From Xanthomonas campestris pv. campestris str. ATCC 33913 (lineage in GTDB: Bacteria > Pseudomonadota > Gammaproteobacteria > Xanthomonadales > Xanthomonadaceae), in NCBI RefSeq assembly GCF_000007145.1, contig NC_003902.1, forward strand, positions 3,536,497-3,568,496: a stretch of 32,000 bases of DNA, in the 5' to 3' direction. Made by a program: the position numbers and the translations under genes. A model generated the notes under the pieces. It was not told where the DNA came from and searched no databases. It saw nothing but the letters and a program-made list of their open reading frames with translations. Positions 1 to 7,691 of this stretch are shown here, one piece after another (position 1 is the first letter of the stretch; every line of letters begins with the position of its first letter).

Positions 1-135
1 GCCGATACGGGCGACGTGCTTGGCCTGGGCCGCAAGATCAACTTGGGCAACGTGCGTGCCAAGCGCTTGCCCGAAGGCCACAGCGATCGCGTCACGCGCA
101 CGCAGCGCGCCCTGCAGATCCTGGGCGTGAGCTGA
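1..135 (+). CDS. 3' end of a phage lysis gene, probably the endolysin (partial; start outside window)
   Basis: Frame 1 is open from the window edge to TGA 133-135 (..KINLGNVRAKRLPEGHSDRVTRTQRALQILGVS*). The stop overlaps the next ATG (TGATG). This is the endolysin position in P2-type lysis cassettes. Function is assigned mostly from position. Confidence 0.45.
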   Translation, partial: ADTGDVLGLGRKINLGNVRAKRLPEGHSDRVTRTQRALQILGVS

Positions 136-623
136 TGGTCACGCGCCTGATCATCCTGCTGGCGCTGATTGCAGCGCTCGTCGGTAGCTGCGTGTGGCAG
201 GAGCAGCGCGTCAGCGCCGCGCAGAAAGACCGCGATGCGGCGCTGCAGGCCAAGCGCCTGGCCGAAGCTCAACGCGACAGCGCCAAAGGCTCCACCACCG
301 TCGTGACGCAGTACGTCGACCGCGTGCAGATCGTGCGCGAAGCCGGCGCCACTATCACCCGTGAGATCCCGATCTATGTCACCCAGAAAGCCGATGCTGC
401 TTGCGCTATCCCTGCTGGTTTTGTGCGGCTGCATGACGCCGCCGCCACGGGCAACCCTGCCGGGCCGCCCACCGGAGATCCTGATGCGCCGACCGCCGGC
501 ATTACGCTCTCTGCCATCGCTGGCACCGTCGCAGACAACTACACCAGCTGCCATGCAACCGCCGCGCAGCTGAGCGCGCTGCAGGACTGGATCGACCTGC
601 AGGTACCGGAGCCGGCGCCATGA
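135..623 (+). CDS. i-spanin (LysB/Rz-like inner-membrane spanin subunit)
   Basis: 162 aa with an N-terminal TM segment (LIILLALIAALVGSCVW) followed by an Ala/Gln/Arg-rich helical stretch. It lies between a lysis gene and tail gene R and contains an embedded +1-frame lipoprotein ORF. Confidence 0.7.
   Translation: MVTRLIILLALIAALVGSCVWQEQRVSAAQKDRDAALQAKRLAEAQRDSAKGSTTVVTQYVDRVQIVREAGATITREIPIYVTQKADAACAIPAGFVRLHDAAATGNPAGPPTGDPDAPTAGITLSAIAGTVADNYTSCHATAAQLSALQDWIDLQVPEPAP
376..573 (+). CDS. o-spanin (LysC/Rz1-like outer-membrane lipoprotein), fully embedded in the +1 frame of the i-spanin gene
   Basis: Signal peptide MSPRKPMLLALSLLVLCGC has a basic n-region, a hydrophobic core and a lipobox-like L-C-G-C. 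The mature part is Pro-rich (TPPPRATLPGRPPE..), typical of Rz1. Alternative starts are GTG 361 and ATG 394. Confidence 0.6.
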   Translation: MSPRKPMLLALSLLVLCGCMTPPPRATLPGRPPEILMRRPPALRSLPSLAPSQTTTPAAMQPPRS

Positions 624-1039
624 TCAAGCCCGCCAGCCTGCGCGCGCATCTGGTCGCGGCCTTGCCGGATCTGGCACGCGATGCCGACCGGCTGCTGGTG
701 TTTATCGACGCCGGTAGCCTGGTCAGCACTTTCCAGCCGGGACTGTCGTTCGAGTACCAGTACACGCTCAATCTGATCTTGACCGACTACGCCGGCCACC
801 CGGACAGCGTGATGCTGCCGCTGCTGGAATGGGTGCAGGTCAATCAGTCCGAGCTGCTGTCCAATCCCGCGCGCCGTGGCGACATCGCCTTCGAGGCTGA
901 CATCCTCGCCAACGATGCCGTGGATCTGTCGATCAAGTTGCCGCTGACCGAGCGCGTTGTCGTGACTGCGAAGGATGGCGTCGGCTACGACATCACGCAT
1001 GCGCCCGAGCCAGTGATCGATACGACATGGATGAGCTGA
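620..1039 (+). CDS. R: tail completion protein, P2 gpR family
   Basis: 139 aa with an ATGA start/stop overlap with the spanin gene. Sequence (..RAHLVAALPDLARDADRLLVFID..YQYTLNLILTDY..) and position match the gpR family. Confidence 0.8.
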   Translation: MIKPASLRAHLVAALPDLARDADRLLVFIDAGSLVSTFQPGLSFEYQYTLNLILTDYAGHPDSVMLPLLEWVQVNQSELLSNPARRGDIAFEADILANDAVDLSIKLPLTERVVVTAKDGVGYDITHAPEPVIDTTWMS

Positions 1040-1485
1040 CCGCACTGGAGAACTGGGCCGCACCGCTGCTTGCGCGCCTGCAGCCCGGTGAACGCCGCAC
1101 GCTGGCACGCAAGATCGGAACGGAACTGCGGCGCTCGCAGAGCCAACGTATCGGCAAGCAGCAAGCGCCTGATGGCACGCCATACGCACCGCGCAAGCAG
1201 CAGCTGCGACAGAAATCCGGGCGCGTCAAACGCGCGAAGATGTTTGCCAAGCTGCGGCAAGCCAAGTTCTTCAAGGTCAGCGCAACTCCCAACGCTGTGA
1301 GCGTAGGATTCGTGGGGCGCGTGTCCCGCATTGCCCGTGTGCATCAAGAGGGGCTAACGGAACGTATCCGGGCGGGCGGACCCAAAGCGCGCTATGCCAA
1401 ACGTGGATTGATTGGAATAAGCAAGCACGACAGTAAAGAAATTGGAAATCTAATAATTTCAGCTCTTGGTGATTATCGTCTATGA
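1027..1485 (+). CDS. S: tail completion / virion morphogenesis protein, P2 gpS family; 3' ~100 nt is AT-rich (mosaic)
   Basis: 152 aa, overlapping R by 13 nt. N-terminal region (..LLARLQPGERRTLARKIGTELRRSQSQRI..QAPDGTPYAPRK..) is gpS-like. The C-terminus (RGLIGISKHDSKEIGNLIISALG) keeps the family pattern but is encoded by low-GC DNA. Confidence 0.8.
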   Translation: MDELTALENWAAPLLARLQPGERRTLARKIGTELRRSQSQRIGKQQAPDGTPYAPRKQQLRQKSGRVKRAKMFAKLRQAKFFKVSATPNAVSVGFVGRVSRIARVHQEGLTERIRAGGPKARYAKRGLIGISKHDSKEIGNLIISALGDYRL

Positions 1486-1524
1486 TCGGGGTGCATACTT
1501 CACCACTCACGCAAAGGAATAGAA

Positions 1525-1737
1525 ATGAGTCTCGAATTCAAGACGGCGATGATCTACGGGGATCTAAGTTCAGATAGCGCCTCCGAGCAATATCCGGAAG
1601 TCACGGCTTGCACAGATTGTATCGAAAAAGATAGCAAGCGCGCCGAGGATCAAGAAATCGTTCAAATCACTGGCGATTACGACTCTTCGTATGGTGAGGA
1701 ATGCCATTTTTGCGATACACCCGCCGAGCCAGATTAA
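1525..1737 (+). CDS. small, strongly acidic protein with a CxxC-x27-CxxC (zinc-ribbon-like) pattern; function unknown
   Basis: 70-aa ORF in the AT-rich island with an AAGGAA Shine-Dalgarno-like motif 7 nt upstream. Cys29/32 and Cys60/63 are paired as CxxC, and the protein is Asp/Glu-rich. Confidence 0.6.
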   Translation: MSLEFKTAMIYGDLSSDSASEQYPEVTACTDCIEKDSKRAEDQEIVQITGDYDSSYGEECHFCDTPAEPD

Positions 1738-1771
1738 TTCATTTTCAATAACTTAATGAAATTGAATTAAA

Positions 1772-2458
1772 ATGCCAAGCAAAGAAGAGACCCCGCAACC
1801 TAAACAAGGCGCGCATAATGCGGTGCCTTGGTATAGACAAAAAATAACTTTCTTGTCATTGCTTGCCCCGGTTTTTATTTTCCTCGGCTGGATCCTCCTA
1901 AGTGGACCAACTGCGCTTCAGAACTCGCGAATACTTCCAGATGAAGTAAATAAAACATGGCATGCTTTCAGTAGCTGGCTTCACGAGGATGAGGAATGGA
2001 CTGGAACATGGTCTGCCACACCTGAAGGGTATGTTGATTTTGAAGAAATGCTCCTGTCTGATACTGACCTTATAATTACACTATCTTCATCAGAAGGAAA
2101 TTTAAGTGGCACTGTAGCTAGTAAATCCATTTGCCGAGCCATGCCTTTATTTAATTTTAATTTATTAGAAGGGAGTGTTTCTGCGCTTGGCAGCAGAGCG
2201 GAAATTAAAGTATTCGATCATATTGGCGGGAAAAGATTGGATCTTGGCTCTATACAATTGCGGCGTAACGGCCCCGTTATGGATGTGATTGCCGGGGCTA
2301 TATTTTTGCAGGTTCTTCCCGTTCCAGTTCGGATAGCTCGACATCCAAACGGATCCGAATCCAGCCAACCTGAACCTATGAGTGACTACTGCGCAAAAGA
2401 ACGAGAAGCTTTGTTTGAGAAATTACGGAATGAGTCTGGCGACGAAAAAATCCAGTAA
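1772..2458 (+). CDS. single-pass membrane protein, function unknown (N-in anchor plus ~180-aa extracytoplasmic domain predicted)
   Basis: 228-aa ORF, 34 nt downstream of the previous gene and with the same AT-rich composition. It has one hydrophobic helix (ITFLSLLAPVFIFLGWILLSGP, aa ~24-45). No motif was recognised in the remainder. Confidence 0.65.
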   Translation: MPSKEETPQPKQGAHNAVPWYRQKITFLSLLAPVFIFLGWILLSGPTALQNSRILPDEVNKTWHAFSSWLHEDEEWTGTWSATPEGYVDFEEMLLSDTDLIITLSSSEGNLSGTVASKSICRAMPLFNFNLLEGSVSALGSRAEIKVFDHIGGKRLDLGSIQLRRNGPVMDVIAGAIFLQVLPVPVRIARHPNGSESSQPEPMSDYCAKEREALFEKLRNESGDEKIQ

Positions 2459-2615
2459 GCGACCATTTTATCTTTCGAATTTATGAAGGGAAAAAGGATA
2501 CAACGATTTCCGACGCACCAATTCACCTTGTAAAACCAGCTAAGACTAGCTGAGTCACTGGAAGCGGCATGCGGTCACATTGATGCTTGATGCATGTTCC
2601 TTGCAGCAAGCGGCC

Positions 2616-3506
2616 ATGGCTTCTTTTACGGCAGTTGACCTATCTAAGCTCCAAGCGCCAGATTTGATCGAGGCTCTGGACTTCGAAACGATATTCGCCG
2701 AAGCGCTGGCTCAATTCCGCCGACTGATGCCGGAGTTCTCTGCACTCACCGAAGCGGAACCGGTCTACAAGCTCGTGCAACTGTTCGCGGCCCGCGAGCT
2801 GCTGATTCGCCAGCGCGCCAACGACAAGGCGCAGCAGACGATGCTGGCCTTCGCCACTGGCACCAACCTTGATCACCTCGGCGCGCTGTTCGGTGTGGCG
2901 CGCCTGGTGCTCGCTCCGGGGCAACCTGAGACCGGCATTGCACCGACCCATGAGTCGGACGTGGACTTCCGCCGCCGCATCCAGCTGGCGCCCGAGGGCT
3001 TCAGCGTTGCCGGCCCCGAGGGCGCGTACATCTATCACGCGCTCAGCGCGGCGGCCGACGTCATGGATGCCAGCGCTACCAGCCCCGCGCCTGGGCAAGT
3101 GCTGGTCACCGTGCAATCGCGCACCGGCGACGGCACCGCACCGCAGGAACTGCTCGACGAAGTGGCCGCTGTCCTCACCGATGCCGACGTGCGCCCGTTG
3201 ACCGACGAGGTAGCTGTCCAGAGCGCACAGATCGTCCCATACGCCATTCGTGGGCGCGTCTACACCTACGCCGGGCCCGACTCGGCGGTGGTCATGCGCG
3301 AGGCGCTGCGCAGCCTGCAGGCCTATCTTGCCGAGGCGCACCGCATCGGCCGCGACGTCCCCGAGTCGGCCATCAAGGCCAAGCTGTTCGCTGATGGCGT
3401 GCAGCGTGTTGAGTTGGACTCGCCTGCAGCCGACATCCGCATTAGCCGCACGCAGGCTGCGTACTGCACTGCGATCGACATCGTGCACGCCGGCATCGAT
3501 GAGTAA
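2616..3506 (+). CDS. J: baseplate assembly protein J (P2 gpJ family)
   Basis: The MASFTAVDLSKLQAPDLIEALDFETIFAE.. N-terminus matches the gpJ family start. The ORF is open from TTG 2580/ATG 2583, so the start could be 33-36 nt further upstream. Confidence 0.9.
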   Translation: MASFTAVDLSKLQAPDLIEALDFETIFAEALAQFRRLMPEFSALTEAEPVYKLVQLFAARELLIRQRANDKAQQTMLAFATGTNLDHLGALFGVARLVLAPGQPETGIAPTHESDVDFRRRIQLAPEGFSVAGPEGAYIYHALSAAADVMDASATSPAPGQVLVTVQSRTGDGTAPQELLDEVAAVLTDADVRPLTDEVAVQSAQIVPYAIRGRVYTYAGPDSAVVMREALRSLQAYLAEAHRIGRDVPESAIKAKLFADGVQRVELDSPAADIRISRTQAAYCTAIDIVHAGIDE

Positions 3507-4047
3507 TTCTCCGCTGCCGCCCAATGCCACGCCGATGGAACGCGCCCTGGCGGCCGTCACCGAGCGCCTGGAAGCGATCCCGCTGCCGTATCCAGATCTG
3601 TGGAATCCGGACACGTGCCCAGCCGGCCATCTGCCGTGGCTGGCGTGGACGCTCTCGGTTGACGACTGGAAGGCCGACTGGAGCGATGCGGTCAAGCGTT
3701 CGCGCTTGCGTAGCGCTATGGCAATCCAACGCCGCAAGGGCACCGCCAATAGCGTGCGCATGGTGGTGGCCTCGTTCGGGGGTGCGGTGACCATCCGCGA
3801 GTGGTGGCAGCAGCAGCCACGCGGCCAGCCGCACACCTTTGAGCTGACCCTTACGCTCAATGGATCTGATGGCAGAGCCGCAAGCGCTCGATTTGTCGAT
3901 GAGGTCATCGCCGAGGTTGAGCGCACCAAGCCGGTCCGCTCGCACTTCGGCTTCGTGCAGGGGCTACAAGCCACCGGCAATGTCTCGCTGGTTACCGGTG
4001 TTCGCATCATCAACTACCGCCGTCTGTCGATGATGGCGCAGGGATAA
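3499..4047 (+). CDS. I: tail protein I (P2 gpI family)
   Basis: ATG 3499 overlaps the J stop (ATGAGTAA). Sequence MSNSPLPPNATPMERALAAV..HLPWLAWTLSVDDW..RKGT matches gpI. The upstream part of ORF 3250-4047 overlaps J and is not coding. Confidence 0.9.
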   Translation: MSNSPLPPNATPMERALAAVTERLEAIPLPYPDLWNPDTCPAGHLPWLAWTLSVDDWKADWSDAVKRSRLRSAMAIQRRKGTANSVRMVVASFGGAVTIREWWQQQPRGQPHTFELTLTLNGSDGRAASARFVDEVIAEVERTKPVRSHFGFVQGLQATGNVSLVTGVRIINYRRLSMMAQG

Positions 4048-4050
4048 GCT

Positions 4051-5256
4051 ATGGCATTACAACTCATCCTCACCACCGCCGGTCGCGCGGCGCTGATCAA
4101 CGCCGAGAAGAACGGCACCAACGCCGTCAAGGTGACCAGCATCGGTTTTACGGCGGCGGCATTCGCTGCAACGGAAGACCTGAAGACAGTCCCAGGCCAG
4201 CACCTGACGCTCTCCAGCATCTCGGGCGGCACCACGTCGTCCACCACCATCCACGTCACTGTCAGCGACACGAGCCGGGCAACCTATGAGGTTCGCGGCT
4301 TTGGGCTGTACTTGGAAAACGGCACGCTGCTGGGCAGCTATTCCCAGCCCGAGCTGATCATGGAGAAGGCCGCCGCCTCGGATCTGCTGATGTCCGCCGA
4401 CATCCTGTTTTCTGGGGTCACGGTGTCTTCGGTGACGTTTGGCAATGCCAACTTCACCAATCCGGCTGCCACCACCGAGAAGGAAGGCATTGTCGAACTC
4501 GCCACACGTGTTGAGGCCATCGCAGGCACGGATGCACAACGTGCCGTCACACCGGACGCACTGAAAGCCGCGATCGACAGCCGCAGCGGCTGTGCGCGCT
4601 TTGAGGCATCCGGCACCTTTGCGGTCCCGGCAGGGGTGACGGCGATCTACGTGAGCGCATGTGCCGGCGGAGGTGGTGGCGGTGGCGGTGGAACCCGCGC
4701 CGAGAAGTCCAATGGGTCGGGGGTCTACACCGCAACTGGCGGGGGCGGCGGAGGCGCTGGGCAGTCGATTCAGCGCGTGCGCTTTGCGGTCACACCTGGC
4801 GTCAGCCATCCGATCGTCATCGGTGCCGGTGGATCAGCTGGCGCAGGCTCACGGACGGATGGCGCATCTGGAGCCGCCGGTAGTGCCGGGGGGGCGACGG
4901 TCATCGGCAATCTCATCACCCTGGCTGGAGGTCAGGGCGGCGGCGGCGGGCTGACGGGCGCTAATCAGGTTGGCGGCGCGGCCGGCGGAGATGGCTATCC
5001 GGCCGGCGGTGACTCGGCATCTATTGCTGCGGTTTCGCCCTACGGCCCTGCCGGCACCGGAGGCTCGTGCGCGTTTGGCGGTGGCGGGCCCGGCGGTCGC
5101 AGTGCGGGCGACACCACATCGGCTAGCCGCAAGGGCTATGGGTTTGGCGCTGGCGGCGGTGGTGGCGGCGGTGTGTCCAACGGTGCTGGAGTAAGCACGT
5201 TCGGCAAGGATGGGGCCGTCGGGTGCCCTGGCTTCGTTTTCATTGAGTGGTGCTGA
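4051..5256 (+). CDS. tail fibre protein: P2 gpH-like N-terminal attachment domain plus glycine-rich C-terminal domain
   Basis: The N-terminus (MALQLILTTAGRAALINAEKNGTNAV..TTEKEGIVELATRVEAIAGTDAQRAVTPDALKAAI) is the conserved phage tail-fibre N-terminal/collar region. The C-terminal ~210 aa are Gly-rich with several poly-Gly runs. Confidence 0.85.
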   Translation: MALQLILTTAGRAALINAEKNGTNAVKVTSIGFTAAAFAATEDLKTVPGQHLTLSSISGGTTSSTTIHVTVSDTSRATYEVRGFGLYLENGTLLGSYSQPELIMEKAAASDLLMSADILFSGVTVSSVTFGNANFTNPAATTEKEGIVELATRVEAIAGTDAQRAVTPDALKAAIDSRSGCARFEASGTFAVPAGVTAIYVSACAGGGGGGGGGTRAEKSNGSGVYTATGGGGGGAGQSIQRVRFAVTPGVSHPIVIGAGGSAGAGSRTDGASGAAGSAGGATVIGNLITLAGGQGGGGGLTGANQVGGAAGGDGYPAGGDSASIAAVSPYGPAGTGGSCAFGGGGPGGRSAGDTTSASRKGYGFGAGGGGGGGVSNGAGVSTFGKDGAVGCPGFVFIEWC

Positions 5257-5257
5257 G

Positions 5258-5485
5258 ATGACGATTGGTCGTTATGCAATGATCCAGACCGGCAACGACG
5301 TGGTGGTCAACGTCATCGTTTCCGATAGCAGCTTCACCATTGACGGCTTCGAGTTTCGCGCAGTCCAAGACAAAACCGTTTGCGAGCCGGGCATGTACTT
5401 CAATCGCCGCGACGGGCTGTATTACTTCGACGCGCAGTTCACCCAGCGCGAAGTCATTACACCTGAGCCGCCTACCAATTTGTAG
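5258..5485 (+). CDS. small protein downstream of the fibre gene; possible tail-fibre assembly/chaperone protein
   Basis: 75 aa, with ATG 2 nt after the fibre stop, at the position of P2 gpG. No motif was recognised, so the call rests on position only. Confidence 0.45.
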   Translation: MTIGRYAMIQTGNDVVVNVIVSDSSFTIDGFEFRAVQDKTVCEPGMYFNRRDGLYYFDAQFTQREVITPEPPTNL

Positions 5486-5494
5486 CACCGCTGC

Positions 5495-5513
5495 GCTGCG
5501 TAGATCACGCAGC
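5495..5513 (+). other. perfect 7-bp hairpin (GCTGCGT-agatc-ACGCAGC) in the fibre-module/V spacer
   Basis: Read directly from the sequence. No T-run follows, so it is not a canonical intrinsic terminator. Confidence 0.4.
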
Positions 5514-5563
5514 TACAGCACAACTGCGGTGTCATCCTGCACGCGCGCGACGACCATGACTGC

Positions 5564-6127
5564 ATGGGCAACGCATCCTCCGCACTGAGTAACGCCATTC
5601 GCCTCGGCACCGTCGCCGAGGTGAACCTGGTCAACGCACGTTGTCGCGTGCAGGTCGGCGAGATGCTGACCGACTACCTGCCTTGGGTGGTCACGCTGGC
5701 CGGCACCACCATCATCTGGTCAGCGCCTGCAATCGGCGAGCAAGTCGTGGTGCTATCGCCTGCAGGCGACCTGGCCGATGGTCTGGTGCTACGCGGCCTG
5801 TACTCCGACCAATTCGCCGCGCCTGCCGCGTCAGACACGCTCCACGTGCTGCGCTTTGCCGATGGCGCGCAGATTCATTACGACACCGAGGCGCATGCGC
5901 TGCAGGCCACGCTACCAAGCGGCGGCACCGCGTCCATTACTGCCGATGGCGGCATCACGCTCAACGGCCCGCTGACGGTCAACGGCGCCACCCAGATCAA
6001 TGGCGAGGTCGGCATTACCGGCACCGCGACCGTCGACACCGACGTGGTGGGCGGCGGGATCAGCCTCAAGCATCACAAGACCACCGGCGTGACCGCCGGT
6101 ACCGCGCTCAGCGGGGGCCCGCAGTGA
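5564..6127 (+). CDS. V: baseplate assembly protein V / spike (P2 gpV family)
   Basis: ..IRLGTVAEVNLVNARCRVQVGEMLTDYLPWVVTLAGTTIIWSAPAIGEQVVVLSPAGDLADGLVLRGLYS.. is the typical gpV N-terminal domain. Confidence 0.9.
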   Translation: MGNASSALSNAIRLGTVAEVNLVNARCRVQVGEMLTDYLPWVVTLAGTTIIWSAPAIGEQVVVLSPAGDLADGLVLRGLYSDQFAAPAASDTLHVLRFADGAQIHYDTEAHALQATLPSGGTASITADGGITLNGPLTVNGATQINGEVGITGTATVDTDVVGGGISLKHHKTTGVTAGTALSGGPQ

Positions 6128-6483
6128 TCGGTGTCGACGCCACCACCGGGCGCGTGATCGAGGGCGAGCAGCACCTGGCCCAGTCGATCGCCTGCATCCT
6201 CACCACGCCGGTCGGAGCGCGCGTGCACCGCCGCGACTTCGGCTCGCTGCTCCCCGAGCTGATTGACCAGCCGTTCAACGGCGCCACCCGCACGCTGCTC
6301 TACGGCGCCACCGCTACCGCGCTGATGCGCTGGGAGCCGCGCCTGCGGCTGACGCGCGTCGGCCTGGTCGTCGGTGATGCACCCGGCAGCTTCGTACTGA
6401 CCATCGAAGGCCAGCGCACTGACGTTGCGCCCGCCAATGCGCGCTCGCGCCTGACCATCCCGCTCCGCTTCCGCTCGTCCTGA
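6124..6483 (+). CDS. W: baseplate wedge protein W (GPW/gp25 family)
   Basis: GTG 6124 overlaps the V stop (GTGA). VIGVDATTGRVIEGEQHLAQSIACILTTPVGARVHRRDFGSLLPELID is the GPW/gp25 signature. The longer ORF from 5641 overlaps V and is rejected. Confidence 0.85.
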   Translation: MIGVDATTGRVIEGEQHLAQSIACILTTPVGARVHRRDFGSLLPELIDQPFNGATRTLLYGATATALMRWEPRLRLTRVGLVVGDAPGSFVLTIEGQRTDVAPANARSRLTIPLRFRSS

Positions 6484-6494
6484 TCGAGGAACCT

Positions 6495-7661
6495 ATGTCC
6501 ACTGCCTACCACCACGGCGTTCGCGTCATCGAAGTCAGCGCAGGTGCGCGCGTCATCCGCACCGTCTCCACTGCCATTGTCGGCCTGGTCGCTACGGCGT
6601 CCGATGCGGATGAAAAGGTCTTCCCGCTCAACAAGGCTGTGATGCTCACCGACGTGCTGGGTGCCATCGCCAGTGCCGGCACCAAAGGCACCTTGCGCGA
6701 CACCCTGCAGGGCATCGCCGATCAGACCAATCCCGTGACCGTGGTCGTGCGTGTGGCCGAAGACGAAGACGCGGACAAGACCTCGTCCAACGTCATCGGC
6801 GAGGCCAAGTCCAGCGGTTACACCGGCCTATATGCCTTGCTCGCCGCGCAGGCACAGCTGGGCGTGCGGCCGCGCATCTTGGGCGCCCCTGGCCTGGACA
6901 CGCTGCCGGTGGCCAAGGCGCTTGCGACCATCGCCAAGAAGCTGCGCGCCATGGCCTATGTGCGACCGGTCGCCGAGACCGTCGCGGAGGCAGTCACCTA
7001 CCGCGGCCAGTTCAGCGACCGCGAGCTGATGCTGATCTGGCCGGACTTCTTGGCCTTCGATACCACCACCAGCACCACGACCGCCGCGTACGCCACCGCG
7101 CGTGCGCTCGGTCTGCGCGCCAAGATCGACACCGAACAGGGCTGGCACAAGAGTCTGTCCAACGTGCCCGTGGCCGGCGTCACCGGCATCTCCAAGGATG
7201 TGCATTGGGATCTGCAGGATCCGGCCACCGATGCCGGCGTGCTCAACGAGGGCGACATCACCACGCTGATCACCTTCAACGGCCAGCGCTTCTGGGGCTC
7301 GCGCACGTGCGCCGAAGACAACATGTTCGCCTTCGAGACGGCCACGCGCACCGCGCAGGTCCTGGCCGACACCATCGCCGAGGGCGTGGCGTTCTACGTC
7401 GACAAGCCGATGCATCCCTCGCTGGTCAAAGACATCGTCGAAGACATCAACGCCAAGTTCCGCGACCTGAAGGCATCCGGCTATCTGATCGACGCCACCG
7501 CCTGGTTCGACGGCACGGTCAATAGCGCCACCACGCTTGCCGATGGCGCGCTGCGCATTGACTACGACTACACGCCGGTGCCGCCGCTGGAGAACCTGCA
7601 GCTGTACCAGAAGATCACCACCAGCTACCTGGCCGACTTCGCCGAACGCGTCAACGCGTAA
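6495..7661 (+). CDS. FI: contractile tail sheath protein FI
   Basis: 388 aa with a GAGGAA RBS. Sequence MSTAYHHGVRVIEV..TVSTAIVGLVATA.. and the C-terminal ..IDYDYTPVPPLENL.. match P2 FI. Confidence 0.95.
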   Translation: MSTAYHHGVRVIEVSAGARVIRTVSTAIVGLVATASDADEKVFPLNKAVMLTDVLGAIASAGTKGTLRDTLQGIADQTNPVTVVVRVAEDEDADKTSSNVIGEAKSSGYTGLYALLAAQAQLGVRPRILGAPGLDTLPVAKALATIAKKLRAMAYVRPVAETVAEAVTYRGQFSDRELMLIWPDFLAFDTTTSTTTAAYATARALGLRAKIDTEQGWHKSLSNVPVAGVTGISKDVHWDLQDPATDAGVLNEGDITTLITFNGQRFWGSRTCAEDNMFAFETATRTAQVLADTIAEGVAFYVDKPMHPSLVKDIVEDINAKFRDLKASGYLIDATAWFDGTVNSATTLADGALRIDYDYTPVPPLENLQLYQKITTSYLADFAERVNA

Positions 7662-7691
7662 CGCACCCGCCTTTGATTCCCGGAGAAACGC

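Larger units (their letters stand above)
1380..2615. other. AT-rich cargo island 1 (moron) between tail genes S and J
   Basis: Hand counts give about 35-45% GC here against 65-70% in the flanks. The drop begins inside the 3' end of S, and recovery is gradual over the first ~150 nt of J. Confidence 0.8.

Noticed and set aside
3250-3498. Upstream extensions of the I ORF (from 3250), the W ORF (from 5641) and the int ORF (from 22419)
   Set aside because: Each extension overlaps the preceding well-supported gene. Family-typical N-termini begin at 3499, 6124 and 22503, with start/stop coupling.
2640-4013. 457-aa ORF on the minus strand, antisense to J and I
   Set aside because: Typical high-GC antisense artefact: it is Arg/Ala/Gly-rich with no recognisable motif or RBS, and it is fully overlapped by confidently identified baseplate genes.
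4650-5200. GGN-rich repetitive DNA in the fibre gene, considered as a tandem repeat, CRISPR-like array or slippage-prone simple repeat
   Set aside because: There is no fixed repeat unit or spacer periodicity. The Gly runs use mixed codons and remain in frame within a single ORF, so this is compositional bias of a Gly-rich domain.
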